Shown here: one piece after another, positions 39,689 through 49,838 of the stretch | How the letters are laid out: each line of letters begins with the position of its first letter | Numbering within the stretch: position 1 is the stretch's first letter | Virus record (IMG/VR): IMGVR_UViG_3300042878_001826 | Coordinates: 32,001-96,000 of that record | Length of the DNA: 64,000 nt | Direction: 5' to 3' (one strand) | Source of the DNA: a virus | Notes under the pieces: generated by a model | What the model was told of the DNA's origin: nothing | The model's database searches: none | What the model saw: only the letters and a program-made list of their open reading frames with translations | Translations under genes and position numbers: made by a program

Positions 39689-40386
39689 ACTATTATTCTT
39701 TCTTCTATTGACATAGACTGTCTTTTTTTCCATGTCAAATCATCTTCTGCCCATTTTGCATTATAAGCCTGATCCGCTTGATCTACTTCTCTTTTACCAG
39801 CAGCGTAGTGTAGATGTTCAAACATTGTCTCATCGTTCAACCTATCGTCGTAAAGAAGGTTTAAATCTTTTAGATTGTTGTATAACTCACAATCCGAAAA
39901 CATATGATTATATGCTGGGTGGTATATAACTCCATTCATTTTTCTTAAACAACCATAAGTCATTATAGGAATAGTGATTGCGGCATGAAGCATATTTGAA
40001 GAGTCTGGTAGTTGATAACCATCTCTAACCATCAAACCTACATCTCCTTTCCCTTCTAACTTATTCTTCAAATAAGTGTCCCATCCTTGTGGTGCCATAA
40101 AGTCGTCGCTCGCAAATACGACTATATCACCATCTTCACATTTACCCATCTTAATTCCTAAGTTGGAAGAAAGTTGATATGAAGGATAACAAACACCAAT
40201 CTTATTAGTGTTCAATGTTATCAAAAAGTTTTTACTTAGATATTCTCTAAGTTCGTCTGCTTGTTCTTTCCAGTTGACAGCGACGTATGTCTGTATGTTT
40301 TCTGGATTGTCAGCTCTCTTAATCCATTCAGAATGTGCTGACTGAAATTGTGCAGGTCTAAGCGTGCACCATAGTATGTGTATCAT
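39685..40386 (-). CDS. GT2-like glycosyltransferase
   Basis: VFASDDF, IYHPAYNHMFSDCEL, FEHLH. Confidence 0.72.
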   Translation of the reverse strand: MIHILWCTLRPAQFQSAHSEWIKRADNPENIQTYVAVNWKEQADELREYLSKNFLITLNTNKIGVCYPSYQLSSNLGIKMGKCEDGDIVVFASDDFMAPQGWDTYLKNKLEGKGDVGLMVRDGYQLPDSSNMLHAAITIPIMTYGCLRKMNGVIYHPAYNHMFSDCELYNNLKDLNLLYDDRLNDETMFEHLHYAAGKREVDQADQAYNAKWAEDDLTWKKRQSMSIEERIIV

Positions 40387-41422
40387 CTTTTAATATATTT
40401 TTATTGTCATGCCAAATCATCAGCTTGACTAAAGATTCGAATTTTACCTGTGGTTCCCAACCCAAAACTTCTTTGGCTTTAGAGTAGTCACCTAATAAAG
40501 TATCGACTTCTGCAGGTCTATAATACTTACTATCTATCTCAACGATTACTTTTCTACCAGATTTAGTTACTAGTTTTTCATCAATACCTTCACCAACCCA
40601 TTCTACATCTACACCACATTGTTCTATAGCCAAATCAACAAATTCTTTAATACTATGTGTTTCATTTGTTGCAAGAACATAATCATCTGGTGTATCATGT
40701 TGTAACATTCTCCACATTCCCTCTACATAATCTTTAGCATAACCCCAATCTCTTTTAGAATAAAGATTACCTAATTTTAAAGGTTCAAATTCTGTTTTAT
40801 CGAGTAATGATTTCTTTATCTTAGAAAGGCCGATTGTTATCTTTCTAGTTACAAAAGTCTCACCTCTGCGTTCTCCTTCGTGGTTGAAAAGTATTCCGTT
40901 ACATATAAACATTCCGTAAGACTCTCTGTAGTTCTTTGTTATCCAAAGACCATACATCTTTGCACAGCCATAAGGAGATCTTGGATGCATAACAGATGTT
41001 TCTGTATATCCAGTTTCGGGCATATTGTAACTCATCCCACCATAAAGTTCTGATGTAGATGCTTGATATACTCTTGCCTTAGGACAATGATTTTTAACCG
41101 CCTCTAATATCACAAGAGTTCCCATCGCGTCTACCTGTCCTGTGTAATAAGGTTCTTCAAAAGAAACCTTCACATGTGATTGTGCTGCAAGGTTATATAC
41201 CTCGTCTGGTTGTATTTTTGATATTAAGTTTGAAATCACCAACGGATCGGTAACGTCTCCATGATGTAGATTTAGTCTATCAAATATGTGGTCAATTCTT
41301 CCAGTATTGAAGGAAGATGATCTTCTGATAACTCCGTGTACTTCATATCCTTTTTCTAAAAGTAGTTCTGCTAAATGTGAACCATCTTGTCCCGTTATTC
41401 CTGTTATTAAAGCCTTTTTCAT
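40358..41422 (-). CDS. gmd: GDP-mannose 4,6-dehydratase
   Basis: LITGITGQDGS, NLAAQSHV, QASTSELYG, SPYGCAK, ETFVTRKIT, RDWG, RPAEVD. Confidence 0.97.
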   Translation of the reverse strand: MKKALITGITGQDGSHLAELLLEKGYEVHGVIRRSSSFNTGRIDHIFDRLNLHHGDVTDPLVISNLISKIQPDEVYNLAAQSHVKVSFEEPYYTGQVDAMGTLVILEAVKNHCPKARVYQASTSELYGGMSYNMPETGYTETSVMHPRSPYGCAKMYGLWITKNYRESYGMFICNGILFNHEGERRGETFVTRKITIGLSKIKKSLLDKTEFEPLKLGNLYSKRDWGYAKDYVEGMWRMLQHDTPDDYVLATNETHSIKEFVDLAIEQCGVDVEWVGEGIDEKLVTKSGRKVIVEIDSKYYRPAEVDTLLGDYSKAKEVLGWEPQVKFESLVKLMIWHDNKNILKDDTHTMVHA

Positions 41423-41626
41423 TTATATTTTGTTTTTTAAATAAGCATTTACAATCTTTCCATCTTCTAACTCATAGGTTACTACTCTTAAATCATAAGA
41501 TTCTTTTATAGATTCACTATTATATAATAAGTATCCATTGAATTGGCATATTTCATTAGCGATTGCAAAATCTTTTCCTATAATCTCATCTGTTATACTG
41601 AAGATAAATCTTTTACTTTTTTTCAT
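41423..41626 (-). CDS. Hypothetical protein between fcl and gmd
   Basis: 67 aa ORF that fills the gap exactly. Confidence 0.55.
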   Translation of the reverse strand: MKKSKRFIFSITDEIIGKDFAIANEICQFNGYLLYNSESIKESYDLRVVTYELEDGKIVNAYLKNKI

Positions 41627-42536
41627 AGTCTCTGTATGTTTTTTCTATTCCATCTTTCAGTGAAGTAGTATACTTCCATCCAATCCCTTCTAATCTAGAT
41701 ACATCGAGTAACTTTCTTGGTGTTCCATCAGGCATACTGGTATTAAAGTGTATTCCTCCTTCATATCCAACAACTTTTGATATACCTACTGCAAGCTCTG
41801 CTATAGTAACATCTTGTCCAGTTCCGATATTCAAAATCTCATTTCCAGAATAGTTGTTCATTAAGAATACACAAGCATCTGCTAAATCTTCTACATAAAG
41901 AAACTCTCTCTTTGGTGTTCCTGTACCCCAGATCTCTACGGATTCCTTTCCTTCTAACTTTGCCTCATGAAACTTTCTAATCATCGCAGGAAGAACGTGA
42001 GAGTTATTTAGGTCGTAGTTGTCGTTGGGGCCATATAGGTTCGTTGGCATCACCGAAATAAAGTTTGTTCCATATTGTTCGTTGTAACTTTGACACATTT
42101 TGATACCAGCTATTTTGGCAATTGCATAAGCGTCATTTGTAGATTCAAGTTCACCAGTCATAAGATATTCTTCTTTTATAGGTTGTTCACAGAACTTTGG
42201 ATAGATACAAGAACTTCCTAAAAATATAAGTTTCTTTACATCATAAGAATATGAAGACTTGATAATGTTTGTCTGTATCATAATGTTTTCGTAGATGAAG
42301 TCGGCTTTCATATCACGATTTGCTTTAATACCACCAACTTTAGCAGCAGCTAAAAAGACATATTCAGGTCCTATCTTTCTAAAGAAGTTGTCTACTTCAG
42401 ATTGGTCGAGCAGGTTTAATTTACTTTTTGACATTGTTATTATGTTTGTATAACCGAGTTGTTCAAGTCTTCTTACTATGGCGGAGCCGACCATTCCGTT
42501 GTGTCCAGCCACAAATATTCTAGAATCTAAATTCAT
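41613..42536 (-). CDS. fcl: GDP-L-fucose synthase
   Basis: VAGHNGMVGSA, AAAKVGGI, LGSSCIYPK, YAIAK, PTNLYGP, WGTGTPKREFL, PDGTPRK. Confidence 0.97.
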   Translation of the reverse strand: MNLDSRIFVAGHNGMVGSAIVRRLEQLGYTNIITMSKSKLNLLDQSEVDNFFRKIGPEYVFLAAAKVGGIKANRDMKADFIYENIMIQTNIIKSSYSYDVKKLIFLGSSCIYPKFCEQPIKEEYLMTGELESTNDAYAIAKIAGIKMCQSYNEQYGTNFISVMPTNLYGPNDNYDLNNSHVLPAMIRKFHEAKLEGKESVEIWGTGTPKREFLYVEDLADACVFLMNNYSGNEILNIGTGQDVTIAELAVGISKVVGYEGGIHFNTSMPDGTPRKLLDVSRLEGIGWKYTTSLKDGIEKTYRDYEKK

Positions 42537-42566
42537 TTATAGTTTTTACGTTTTTTAGTTATATAG

Positions 42567-42603
42567 AAAAAAAAAGAGAGAGTTTAAAACTCTCTCTTTT
42601 TTA
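42567..42603 (-). terminator. Intrinsic terminator after clpC
   Basis: A-tract-GAGAGAGTTT-A-AAACTCTCTC-T-tract inverted repeat. Confidence 0.75.
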
Positions 42604-44730
42604 TTATTCGTCTTTTTTCTTTCTTACCTTTTTGACTGGCTTTTCAAGAATAACAAATGACTTATCGTCTTCTTTGTTGTAGTCCATTAAGAAACTTGTT
42701 CCTTCTTTAGGATTGTTCTCAATGATATAGTCAGTGATGATATCATCAACCCATCTTTGAATGGCTCTCTTTAAAGGTCGAGCACCATACTTAGGATCAT
42801 ATCCTACTTCTACCAAATGCTCTTTTAAAGCTTCTGTGATTTGTGTAGGGTATCCAATGTCTGAAGCTCTTTTGATAGTCTTAACAAGCTCAAGATCTAC
42901 GATTTTAAGAATCTCTTCTTTACCTAAATCTTTGAAGTAGATAATCTCGTCAAGTCTGTTAATGAACTCAGGAGCAAACTTGTTTTTAAGTTCTTTCTCT
43001 AAAATTCCTTTAATCTCTTCTTCTCTTACGTTTTCTTTGTTCTTCGTAGAGAATCCAACACCAGTTCCAAAGTCTTTTATCAATTTAGTTCCTACGTTAG
43101 AAGTCATCAAAATGATACAGTTTTTAAAACTTACCTTTCTTCCGTGTGAATCTGTTACGTGGCCGTCATCTAACATTTGAAGAAAGATGTTGAATACTTC
43201 AGGATGTGCTTTCTCAATCTCATCAAAAAGAACTACTGAATAAGGTTTTCTTCTGATTCTATCAAGAACATTTGCGTCATCGTATCCAACGTATCCAGGT
43301 GCAGAACCTTGTATTTTAGAGATAGATATTTTATCCATATACTCAGACATATCTAATCTAATCAAAGAATCTTCTGAATCGAATAAGTATTTAGCAATCT
43401 GTTTAGCTAACTCAGTCTTACCAACACCAGAGTTTCCAATAAGCATTCCACTAAAAACTGGTTTGTTTTCGTCTTTCATACCAACACGACCTCTTTGAAT
43501 AGCTCTAACGACTTTCTTAACAGCTTCGTCTTGACCAACAACTTTACCAGAGATTTCAGTTCCCATCTTAGCAAGTCTTGTGTTTTCTTTCTCACCAACT
43601 TTCTGTAATGGAATACCAGTCATCATAGAAACAACTTCAGCAACATTGTCTTCAGTAACAGTTTGTCTGTTTCTAGAAGATTCGTCTTCCCAATCTTTTC
43701 TAGCTTTCTCTAAACTCTCATTAAGTTGACGTTCAACGTCTCTTAATTTAGCAGCTTCTTCATACTTTTGAGAACGGATAACTTCGTTCTTTTTATCTTT
43801 GATGTCAGAAATCTTTTTCTCGATATCTGTAATCTCTTTAGGAACTACAATGTTAGAGATATGAACTCTTGATCCAGCTTCATCTAAAGCATCAATCGCT
43901 TTGTCTGGTAAGAATCTGTCGGTCATATATCTACTTGTTAAATCAACACAAGCTTTGATTGCTTCTGGTGTGTATTCAACATTGTGGTGTGATTCGTATT
44001 TGTCTTTGATGTTATTCAAAATTTCCATACTTTCTTCCGGAGAAGCAGCTTCGATGATTACTTTTTGAAATCTTCTTTCTAAAGCACCATCTTTCTCAAT
44101 GTGTTTTCTGTACTCATCAAGAGTAGTAGCACCAATGATTTGTATCTCACCTCTAGCCAATGCTGGCTTGAACATATTACTAGCATCCATAGAACCTGAA
44201 GCACCACCTGCACCAATCATAGTGTGAATCTCATCGATGAAAAGAATCACATCAGGATTTTTCTCCATCTCTCCCATAAGAGCTTTGATTCTTTCTTCAA
44301 ACTGACCTCTGTATTTAGTACCGGCAACCATAGAAGCTAAGTCTAACATAACAACTCTTTTGTTAAAAAGAATTCTACTAACTTTTCTTTGTATAATTCT
44401 AAGTGCCAATCCTTCTGCTACAGAAGATTTACCAACACCTGGCTCTCCTATTAAGATAGGGTTGTTCTTTTTTCTTCTCGCCAAGATTTGAGAAACTCTT
44501 TCGATTTCTTTCTCACGTCCTACGATAGGATCAAGTTTTCCTTCTTCTGCCATCTTCGTAAGATCACGGCTATAAGTATCCAATACTGGAGTCTTTGTCT
44601 TAGCATCGGTCTTTTTGTTTCCTGAACTGTAAGAAGATTTTTCATCGTCGTCGTCGTCATCTATCGCAGACTTGATGTTAGGCAGCCTTTTAAGGTATTC
44701 GCTGTCTTCTGATTTTTTATTTTTTCCCAT
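42604..44730 (-). CDS. clpC: ClpC-type AAA+ unfoldase lacking the Clp-N domain
   Basis: [24 protein letters not shown] middle domain [25 protein letters not shown], ClpP-docking VGF loop, GARPLKR. Confidence 0.93.
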   Translation of the reverse strand: MGKNKKSEDSEYLKRLPNIKSAIDDDDDDEKSSYSSGNKKTDAKTKTPVLDTYSRDLTKMAEEGKLDPIVGREKEIERVSQILARRKKNNPILIGEPGVGKSSVAEGLALRIIQRKVSRILFNKRVVMLDLASMVAGTKYRGQFEERIKALMGEMEKNPDVILFIDEIHTMIGAGGASGSMDASNMFKPALARGEIQIIGATTLDEYRKHIEKDGALERRFQKVIIEAASPEESMEILNNIKDKYESHHNVEYTPEAIKACVDLTSRYMTDRFLPDKAIDALDEAGSRVHISNIVVPKEITDIEKKISDIKDKKNEVIRSQKYEEAAKLRDVERQLNESLEKARKDWEDESSRNRQTVTEDNVAEVVSMMTGIPLQKVGEKENTRLAKMGTEISGKVVGQDEAVKKVVRAIQRGRVGMKDENKPVFSGMLIGNSGVGKTELAKQIAKYLFDSEDSLIRLDMSEYMDKISISKIQGSAPGYVGYDDANVLDRIRRKPYSVVLFDEIEKAHPEVFNIFLQMLDDGHVTDSHGRKVSFKNCIILMTSNVGTKLIKDFGTGVGFSTKNKENVREEEIKGILEKELKNKFAPEFINRLDEIIYFKDLGKEEILKIVDLELVKTIKRASDIGYPTQITEALKEHLVEVGYDPKYGARPLKRAIQRWVDDIITDYIIENNPKEGTSFLMDYNKEDDKSFVILEKPVKKVRKKKDE

Positions 44731-44762
44731 ATATTCTTTTTTGTTTTAATATGTATTGATAT

Positions 44763-45116
44763 TTATATTTTTATAATAATAAAAGTTGTTTTGTCGTCTA
44801 ATATATCATCTATGATTGTGTCTCTTCTATTTGATATGTTATGAGCGTCCAGATTCTCACATCTGATGCTCATAGATATTTTTTTACCAAAGTCTATGTC
44901 CATTGTTTTTATTCTACAATTCTGTGCCGCAAACTTTACGGTTGATATGTCAAAGCTTTTCCTTCCTTCGTATATATTTATAAATTCATCGTAGTATTTC
45001 GGATATGTACTTATGTCTAATGTAAGGTATAGAATAGCCCATTTCTCAAAAGAAAGTTGTACATCACATTCCTTTACATAGAATGTATCGTTTGCTATTT
45101 TTAACCAGTTGTTCAT
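44763..45116 (-). CDS. Hypothetical protein with C-terminal RRDTIIDDIL motif
   Basis: Coupled ORF carrying the shared C-terminal motif. Confidence 0.7.
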   Translation of the reverse strand: MNNWLKIANDTFYVKECDVQLSFEKWAILYLTLDISTYPKYYDEFINIYEGRKSFDISTVKFAAQNCRIKTMDIDFGKKISMSIRCENLDAHNISNRRDTIIDDILDDKTTFIIIKI

Positions 45117-45700
45117 TATGCCAGTTTTACTTTATTTGGATTTAAAAAGTCTCTAAGAAAAGCATTCTTCTCACCACCAACAAAATCTACCCAGTCAGAA
45201 TAAAGTTTTCTTTCTTTATCACTACCGTTAAGAAAGTATCCATCTTTTCTCATTTTTTCTATCTTGTTACTATTCATCATGTTATCTTGAAGATATGAGA
45301 AGTGATTTGTCATAACCCAATCTCCAAAGTCTGGATAGTCTTTTCTATTGAATACTCTTTCATCTATGATAAAAACTATTGCAGAAAGCATATCATTTAG
45401 ATCCGGTTCGTAGAACGTCGCTAGATTTACTTCATTAAGCATAAGAACTTCTAAAGTATCTTCCATCGTTCCCTGATATTCGTTTTCGTCGTGGTGATAT
45501 CTATTCATTGAGTGATTGGATGTTCCTCCATTTAGTATGATGAATGTCTTCCAATATTTGGCCCAATCAAGGTATTGTCCGACGTTGAAGTTTTCCAACG
45601 CATATTCAACTACTGCATGTCCGAATTGAATTCCTTTCTGTATCTCGCTGATATTGTAAGGAACGAATCCATACATTCTAAGTTCTAGTTCATTTTTCAT
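45116..45700 (-). CDS. Peptidyl-tRNA hydrolase 2 (Pth2)-like phage protein
   Basis: MYGFV..IQKGIQFGHAVVEY, W..KTFIILNGG, FYEPDLNDMLSAI resemble Pth2 motifs. Confidence 0.6.
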   Translation of the reverse strand: MKNELELRMYGFVPYNISEIQKGIQFGHAVVEYALENFNVGQYLDWAKYWKTFIILNGGTSNHSMNRYHHDENEYQGTMEDTLEVLMLNEVNLATFYEPDLNDMLSAIVFIIDERVFNRKDYPDFGDWVMTNHFSYLQDNMMNSNKIEKMRKDGYFLNGSDKERKLYSDWVDFVGGEKNAFLRDFLNPNKVKLA

Positions 45701-45729
45701 AGATTTTATATAGTGAAAACTTCAAAAGT

Positions 45730-46215
45730 TTATTTAACCCTATTAGAAAGGCTTCTATTACTGAACTGTTTTAATCCTGTTACTTCAAGTAGATTTTTCT
45801 TTTGTATAAACTCTGGAATCTCTAACTCATAGTCTTCACTAGGTATTTCAATCTCTGCCACTATAATATGACATTTTTGAGAGAACACGTCGACTTCCCA
45901 CTTTAGTTCTCCGTCTGGATATATTCTTCTTTCTTTTGTGATGTATCTTGCATTTTGTTTTGCGGATTTACAACGCTTTACGAAATCATCAAATTCATCT
46001 TTGTCCATATCATATTCATCTTCAATATTCGAAATATCTGATATTCTAGTTTTTATCGTATGAACCCATTTAATTCCATAGATGTTAGAGTCCATTGAGC
46101 GAGCTCTTTCCCATATACCATCTACTTTAAGATACCATTGTTTTATTTTTATAACTTCCGTAGGCTTTAAATCCGGAACTGCCTTTAGTAAAAACTTTCT
46201 TTCAATCTCTATCAT
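45730..46215 (-). CDS. CYTH-domain (triphosphate tunnel) protein
   Basis: EIERKFL, KERR, WEVDVF, VAEIEI, EVTG..FSN. Confidence 0.9.
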   Translation of the reverse strand: MIEIERKFLLKAVPDLKPTEVIKIKQWYLKVDGIWERARSMDSNIYGIKWVHTIKTRISDISNIEDEYDMDKDEFDDFVKRCKSAKQNARYITKERRIYPDGELKWEVDVFSQKCHIIVAEIEIPSEDYELEIPEFIQKKNLLEVTGLKQFSNRSLSNRVK

Positions 46216-46657
46216 CCTCTGTGTCTTTTTTCATCCATCTTTCTACCTTCTCAAAAAAGTGAGATATAAATATAAGTCCAATAGTAAGTACTATCGGTGT
46301 TAGTGTAAGTCCCATTCCACATAGTATTCCTATGGCCGATATGGTCCAAATGAATGCTGCTGTAGTAAGTCCTATTATTTTGTCTTTATTTTGTATTATC
46401 GCTCCAGCACCTAAGAATCCAATCCCGGTTACTATAGTAGAAAGGATTCTGGTTGGATCAGATAAACTGAATTGTTGTGCTGCCAAAAAAGAAACAATTG
46501 TAAAGATACAAGATCCTACACATATAAGTATGTTGGTTCTTATACCAGCCACTTTGTTTCTTCGTTCTCTTTCCCAACCGACTAGCGCACCACATATAGT
46601 AGCAACTCCCACTTTTGGAAGTATAGTTGCAAGTGCTATTATTTCGTTTATGAACAT
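46202..46657 (-). CDS. mgtC: MgtC/SapB family membrane protein (likely start MFINEI)
   Basis: VGWERE, AGIRT, DPTRI, GIGFLGAGAI, GLTTAA; TATCTTTG box at 46701..46694. Confidence 0.88.
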   Translation of the reverse strand: MFINEIIALATILPKVGVATICGALVGWERERRNKVAGIRTNILICVGSCIFTIVSFLAAQQFSLSDPTRILSTIVTGIGFLGAGAIIQNKDKIIGLTTAAFIWTISAIGILCGMGLTLTPIVLTIGLIFISHFFEKVERWMKKDTEDDRD

Positions 46658-46740
46658 AAGAGTATTTATAAAAAACAGATGTTTATGTTTTGACAAAGAT
46701 ACAAAATTTAATATTAGATTTCAGATTTAATATATAATGT

Positions 46741-46971
46741 ATGGAAAACTTCATGGAAATAATGGCATACATTGGCTCACTTATCATATTGATTAGCTTT
46801 TGTACGAAAAACGTGAATCTACTTAGAGTTTTAAATAACGTAGGATGTGTTATATTTTTATTCTACGCTTTCTATCACGGAAGACTGCCGTTGATAATTT
46901 TAAATTCGATGGTGATTGTAGTAAATATGTATCACATATGGTCAGATAAAAAACAAGTAATAAAAAGATGA
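46741..46971 (+). CDS. Small inner-membrane protein (YgjV-like)
   Basis: YIGSLIILISF..LRVLNNVGC..LNSMVIVVN hydrophobic pattern. Confidence 0.65.
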   Translation: MENFMEIMAYIGSLIILISFCTKNVNLLRVLNNVGCVIFLFYAFYHGRLPLIILNSMVIVVNMYHIWSDKKQVIKR

Positions 46972-47168
46972 AATACTTGAAAAGATTCAACGAATCCAAA
47001 AAAGATAAAGTTGAAATATCTGAATTGATAAAACGTAAAAATGCTGGAGAGAAATTGACTGATGATGAAATGTATTTAGTACACCGTCATTTTTATGAAA
47101 CTAGTAAAGAATATAAAGATCATTATAATAAAATGATAAATAAATTATTAAATAAAGATAAAAAATAA
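46968..47168 (+). CDS. Small protein with capsid-targeting-like N-terminus (MKYLKRFNES)
   Basis: Shared N-terminal motif. Confidence 0.68.
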   Translation: MKYLKRFNESKKDKVEISELIKRKNAGEKLTDDEMYLVHRHFYETSKEYKDHYNKMINKLLNKDKK

Positions 47169-47176
47169 ATAATAAA

Positions 47177-47359
47177 ATGAAACACTTAAAAAGATTCAAC
47201 GAAGCTGTTAAGACAGAGAAAACATCTAAGAAAGATGAAATCGAAGACTTTATCGGTAAAAACAAAAAAAACAAATCTTCTTACGAAATGTATAAAGTAT
47301 TAAGAGAGAAAGGTTATACTGAAGCTAATCTTAAAGATTATTTTCACGATAACTATTAA
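47177..47359 (+). CDS. Small protein with capsid-targeting-like N-terminus (MKHLKRFNEA)
   Basis: Shared N-terminal motif; 5' DNA nearly identical to that of the previous gene. Confidence 0.68.
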   Translation: MKHLKRFNEAVKTEKTSKKDEIEDFIGKNKKNKSSYEMYKVLREKGYTEANLKDYFHDNY

Positions 47360-47374
47360 AAATAAATATACATT

Positions 47375-47977
47375 ATGTTAAAGAGTAAATCAAAAATGAT
47401 TAAACCGATTTCACTTCCTGAATACAGAGGTGATCAAGTTTATATGCACGAATTCGATATGGCCAATCCTTCTTTACCAAAAGGTTATGAAAGATGGAAT
47501 ACTACATTAAAAGAAATAGTTGCTGCTTCTCCTAAACAAACAGGGAAAGCTTATATCACTATCGATGAAAAGATTGTAAGAGCAGGTAAATCTCATAGAA
47601 GAGGTGGACCACATACTGATGGAAACTACCTATTTGGATGGGGCGGTGGCGGCGGTGGCTGGTTAACTGGTGAAGATGGAAGATTATTACCAAGAGAACA
47701 ACACGAAGAACAATATTGTTCTGAAAAGGGTGGAATGCTTATTGTTTCTTCCTATGAAGCTTGTAAAGGATGGAATGGAGAATTTGAAGGTCAGCCAAAC
47801 CAAGGTGGAGATTGCACTCATTTAGATCTTTCTAATATGAATAGCTTTAACTTAAAAAGCCATACTTTATATTGGGGAAATAGTACATTCATTCATGAAT
47901 CACTTCCATTAGAAGAAGATGTTGAAAGACAACTTGTAAGGATTACATTACCTGCAGATGCAGAAGATTTAGTATAA
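47375..47977 (+). CDS. 2OG-Fe(II) oxygenase-like (DSBH) protein
   Basis: HxD (PHTDG), distal His (IHESLP) and Arg (RQLVRIT). Confidence 0.65.
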   Translation: MLKSKSKMIKPISLPEYRGDQVYMHEFDMANPSLPKGYERWNTTLKEIVAASPKQTGKAYITIDEKIVRAGKSHRRGGPHTDGNYLFGWGGGGGGWLTGEDGRLLPREQHEEQYCSEKGGMLIVSSYEACKGWNGEFEGQPNQGGDCTHLDLSNMNSFNLKSHTLYWGNSTFIHESLPLEEDVERQLVRITLPADAEDLV

Positions 47978-48007
47978 CAAAAAACCACTCATTGAGTGGT
48001 TTTTTTT
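47978..48007. terminator. Bidirectional intrinsic terminator
   Basis: AAAAAACCACTCA-T-TGAGTGGTTTTTT between convergent genes. Confidence 0.85.
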
Positions 48008-48863
48008 ATTGATTGTTTTTATCTAAATAGTCCATTAGATTTTCCATTAAAAGAACTGCTCTTTCAAAGGGCTCTTTGTTTCTTCTTAACTCTTTATTGG
48101 CAGTGTTGTAGTCTACACCTTTATTCATATAGAATGCTTGTATAAGTTCATCAGGAACAAACACACCAGAGTATTTCATCTGAAGTACGAATGGCATAAC
48201 TACACTCTTTGGATCGATTGAAAAGTTATCAACCAAAACATCATTATAAGATTCAGGTAGATTCTTTCCTTCATAATCATCAGCACCATCATCACCGTGT
48301 GCGTAGAATCCACATACTTTTCCCTCTAAATGATTTCTCAACATATTATCATACTTTCCAGATCTGGCGAATTTTCCAGTGATATCGGCATTCTTTATGT
48401 TTCCGTCTCCCATTATCTTTTTTGCATCATCTACAGTAAGAGTTTGATTTACACAAACAAGTCTATCGAAAAGTGTTTTTATCTGAGAGCTTAGTGAGTG
48501 CCAATGTATTGGTGAGAATACTAAAAATGCGTCACACTCTTGAAGAAGTGTATAAACGTCTAGTTCTTTTAGTAAGTCTGGTTTCTTTTCATCACCTTTG
48601 AAATAGCAAGAGCATTGAAAATGACAATGATATCCACCAGATGTTGATATACACCCCTTACAAGGTTGTATGTTCGGCTTCTTAGAAAGGTTTATAGAAA
48701 GATCTATTACTTTGAAGTCTATGAATGGAGACCATTTCTCCACGATGAACTCAACTATTTTATGAGTCTTTGATTCCATTCCAGGACATGTGTCTTTGTC
48801 TCTTGGTGAACCTTGAAATAAAACCACCTTTGGTTTTCTGTCTCCTAGCTTTCTTATCTTCAT
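48006..48863 (-). CDS. Flavodoxin-like NAD(P)H-dependent FMN reductase / iron-sulfur flavoprotein
   Basis: FQGSPR, PCKGC..C..CSC, DAFLVFSPIHW, KTLFDRL. Confidence 0.8.
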   Translation of the reverse strand: MKIRKLGDRKPKVVLFQGSPRDKDTCPGMESKTHKIVEFIVEKWSPFIDFKVIDLSINLSKKPNIQPCKGCISTSGGYHCHFQCSCYFKGDEKKPDLLKELDVYTLLQECDAFLVFSPIHWHSLSSQIKTLFDRLVCVNQTLTVDDAKKIMGDGNIKNADITGKFARSGKYDNMLRNHLEGKVCGFYAHGDDGADDYEGKNLPESYNDVLVDNFSIDPKSVVMPFVLQMKYSGVFVPDELIQAFYMNKGVDYNTANKELRRNKEPFERAVLLMENLMDYLDKNNQ

Positions 48864-48889
48864 ATTATGTATATATTAAAAAAGTCGGA

Positions 48890-49177
48890 CTATAAATCCG
48901 GTCCTTTCAATATTTCTTCTAATCTAATATCTCGATATTCGGCGATTGCTTTTTCAACGTTGATTGCTATATTTTTTGTGTACCACTTTCTCCATTTTGG
49001 ATTTATTCTGGAAATATATTCGACTTCATATCCTATTTGATGTCGACCCGAACCGACTATTGTTCCAGGATCGAGCAGTATTTCTGGATTTATGTCGTAG
49101 TGGGGGTTCATAGTCACTTCGTGCTGGTAGATGACTCTCTTCACCGCGGTGATTCTATTCAATATATCTTTTCCCAT
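48890..49177 (-). CDS. Hypothetical protein with C-terminal RDIRLEEIL motif
   Basis: Shared C-terminal motif. Confidence 0.68.
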   Translation of the reverse strand: MGKDILNRITAVKRVIYQHEVTMNPHYDINPEILLDPGTIVGSGRHQIGYEVEYISRINPKWRKWYTKNIAINVEKAIAEYRDIRLEEILKGPDL

Positions 49178-49838
49178 CGTAGATTTTTCCTTCTATTATA
49201 GACATTCCTTCATGTTGATAGGTTACTGTCTCTTTAGATACCGCAAATCTTTTTGGTGGAATATTAGTAGCAGTACGAAATGCCCAGTTGAGCCATATAT
49301 CGAGACCGTCCCAAGTACCTGTTTTTAGTTGTCTCAAAAGATATTCTCTCGAATGTCTTGGAAACATTATACAATGTGTCATTATTATTTTATCTGTGAG
49401 ATAAAAACTTAAATAATTAGGATGTTCTTCTATAACAGGAGACCAAACTAAACCATCTACAGATCCTGGTGCACCAAAAGATACGTAGTTTATAAGATGA
49501 TCTTTACATACAGTTACCGCCTCTTTAGCCATTTCTGCAAAACGAGAATGTGGAACGGTTATTATACAATCACATTCACATATGATTATTCCATCCAAAT
49601 CTTCTGTGAATTCCTCTTCGATTGCTCTTTTAAATGATTGAAATAAGCCATAGTGACCAGGTCCGTGATTTCCGGTGTAAATAGGTATATTCTTTATGTG
49701 ACCATCACCTCGGTATATCTCATTTATATGAGGTGTGTACTCTATACCATACTCTTTGAGTGGTGAAAGAGATTGAATAGAAGCTTTCTCTCGTGTGGCT
49801 TCTATATCCGTTAGTAAATGAACTAATTTTATTTTCAT
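49155..49838 (-). CDS. Glycosyltransferase-like protein (GT25/GT-A-like)
   Basis: GHYGLFQSF, IICECDC (ExD), THCIMF, WDGLDIWL. Confidence 0.55.
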   Translation of the reverse strand: MKIKLVHLLTDIEATREKASIQSLSPLKEYGIEYTPHINEIYRGDGHIKNIPIYTGNHGPGHYGLFQSFKRAIEEEFTEDLDGIIICECDCIITVPHSRFAEMAKEAVTVCKDHLINYVSFGAPGSVDGLVWSPVIEEHPNYLSFYLTDKIIMTHCIMFPRHSREYLLRQLKTGTWDGLDIWLNWAFRTATNIPPKRFAVSKETVTYQHEGMSIIEGKIYDGKRYIE

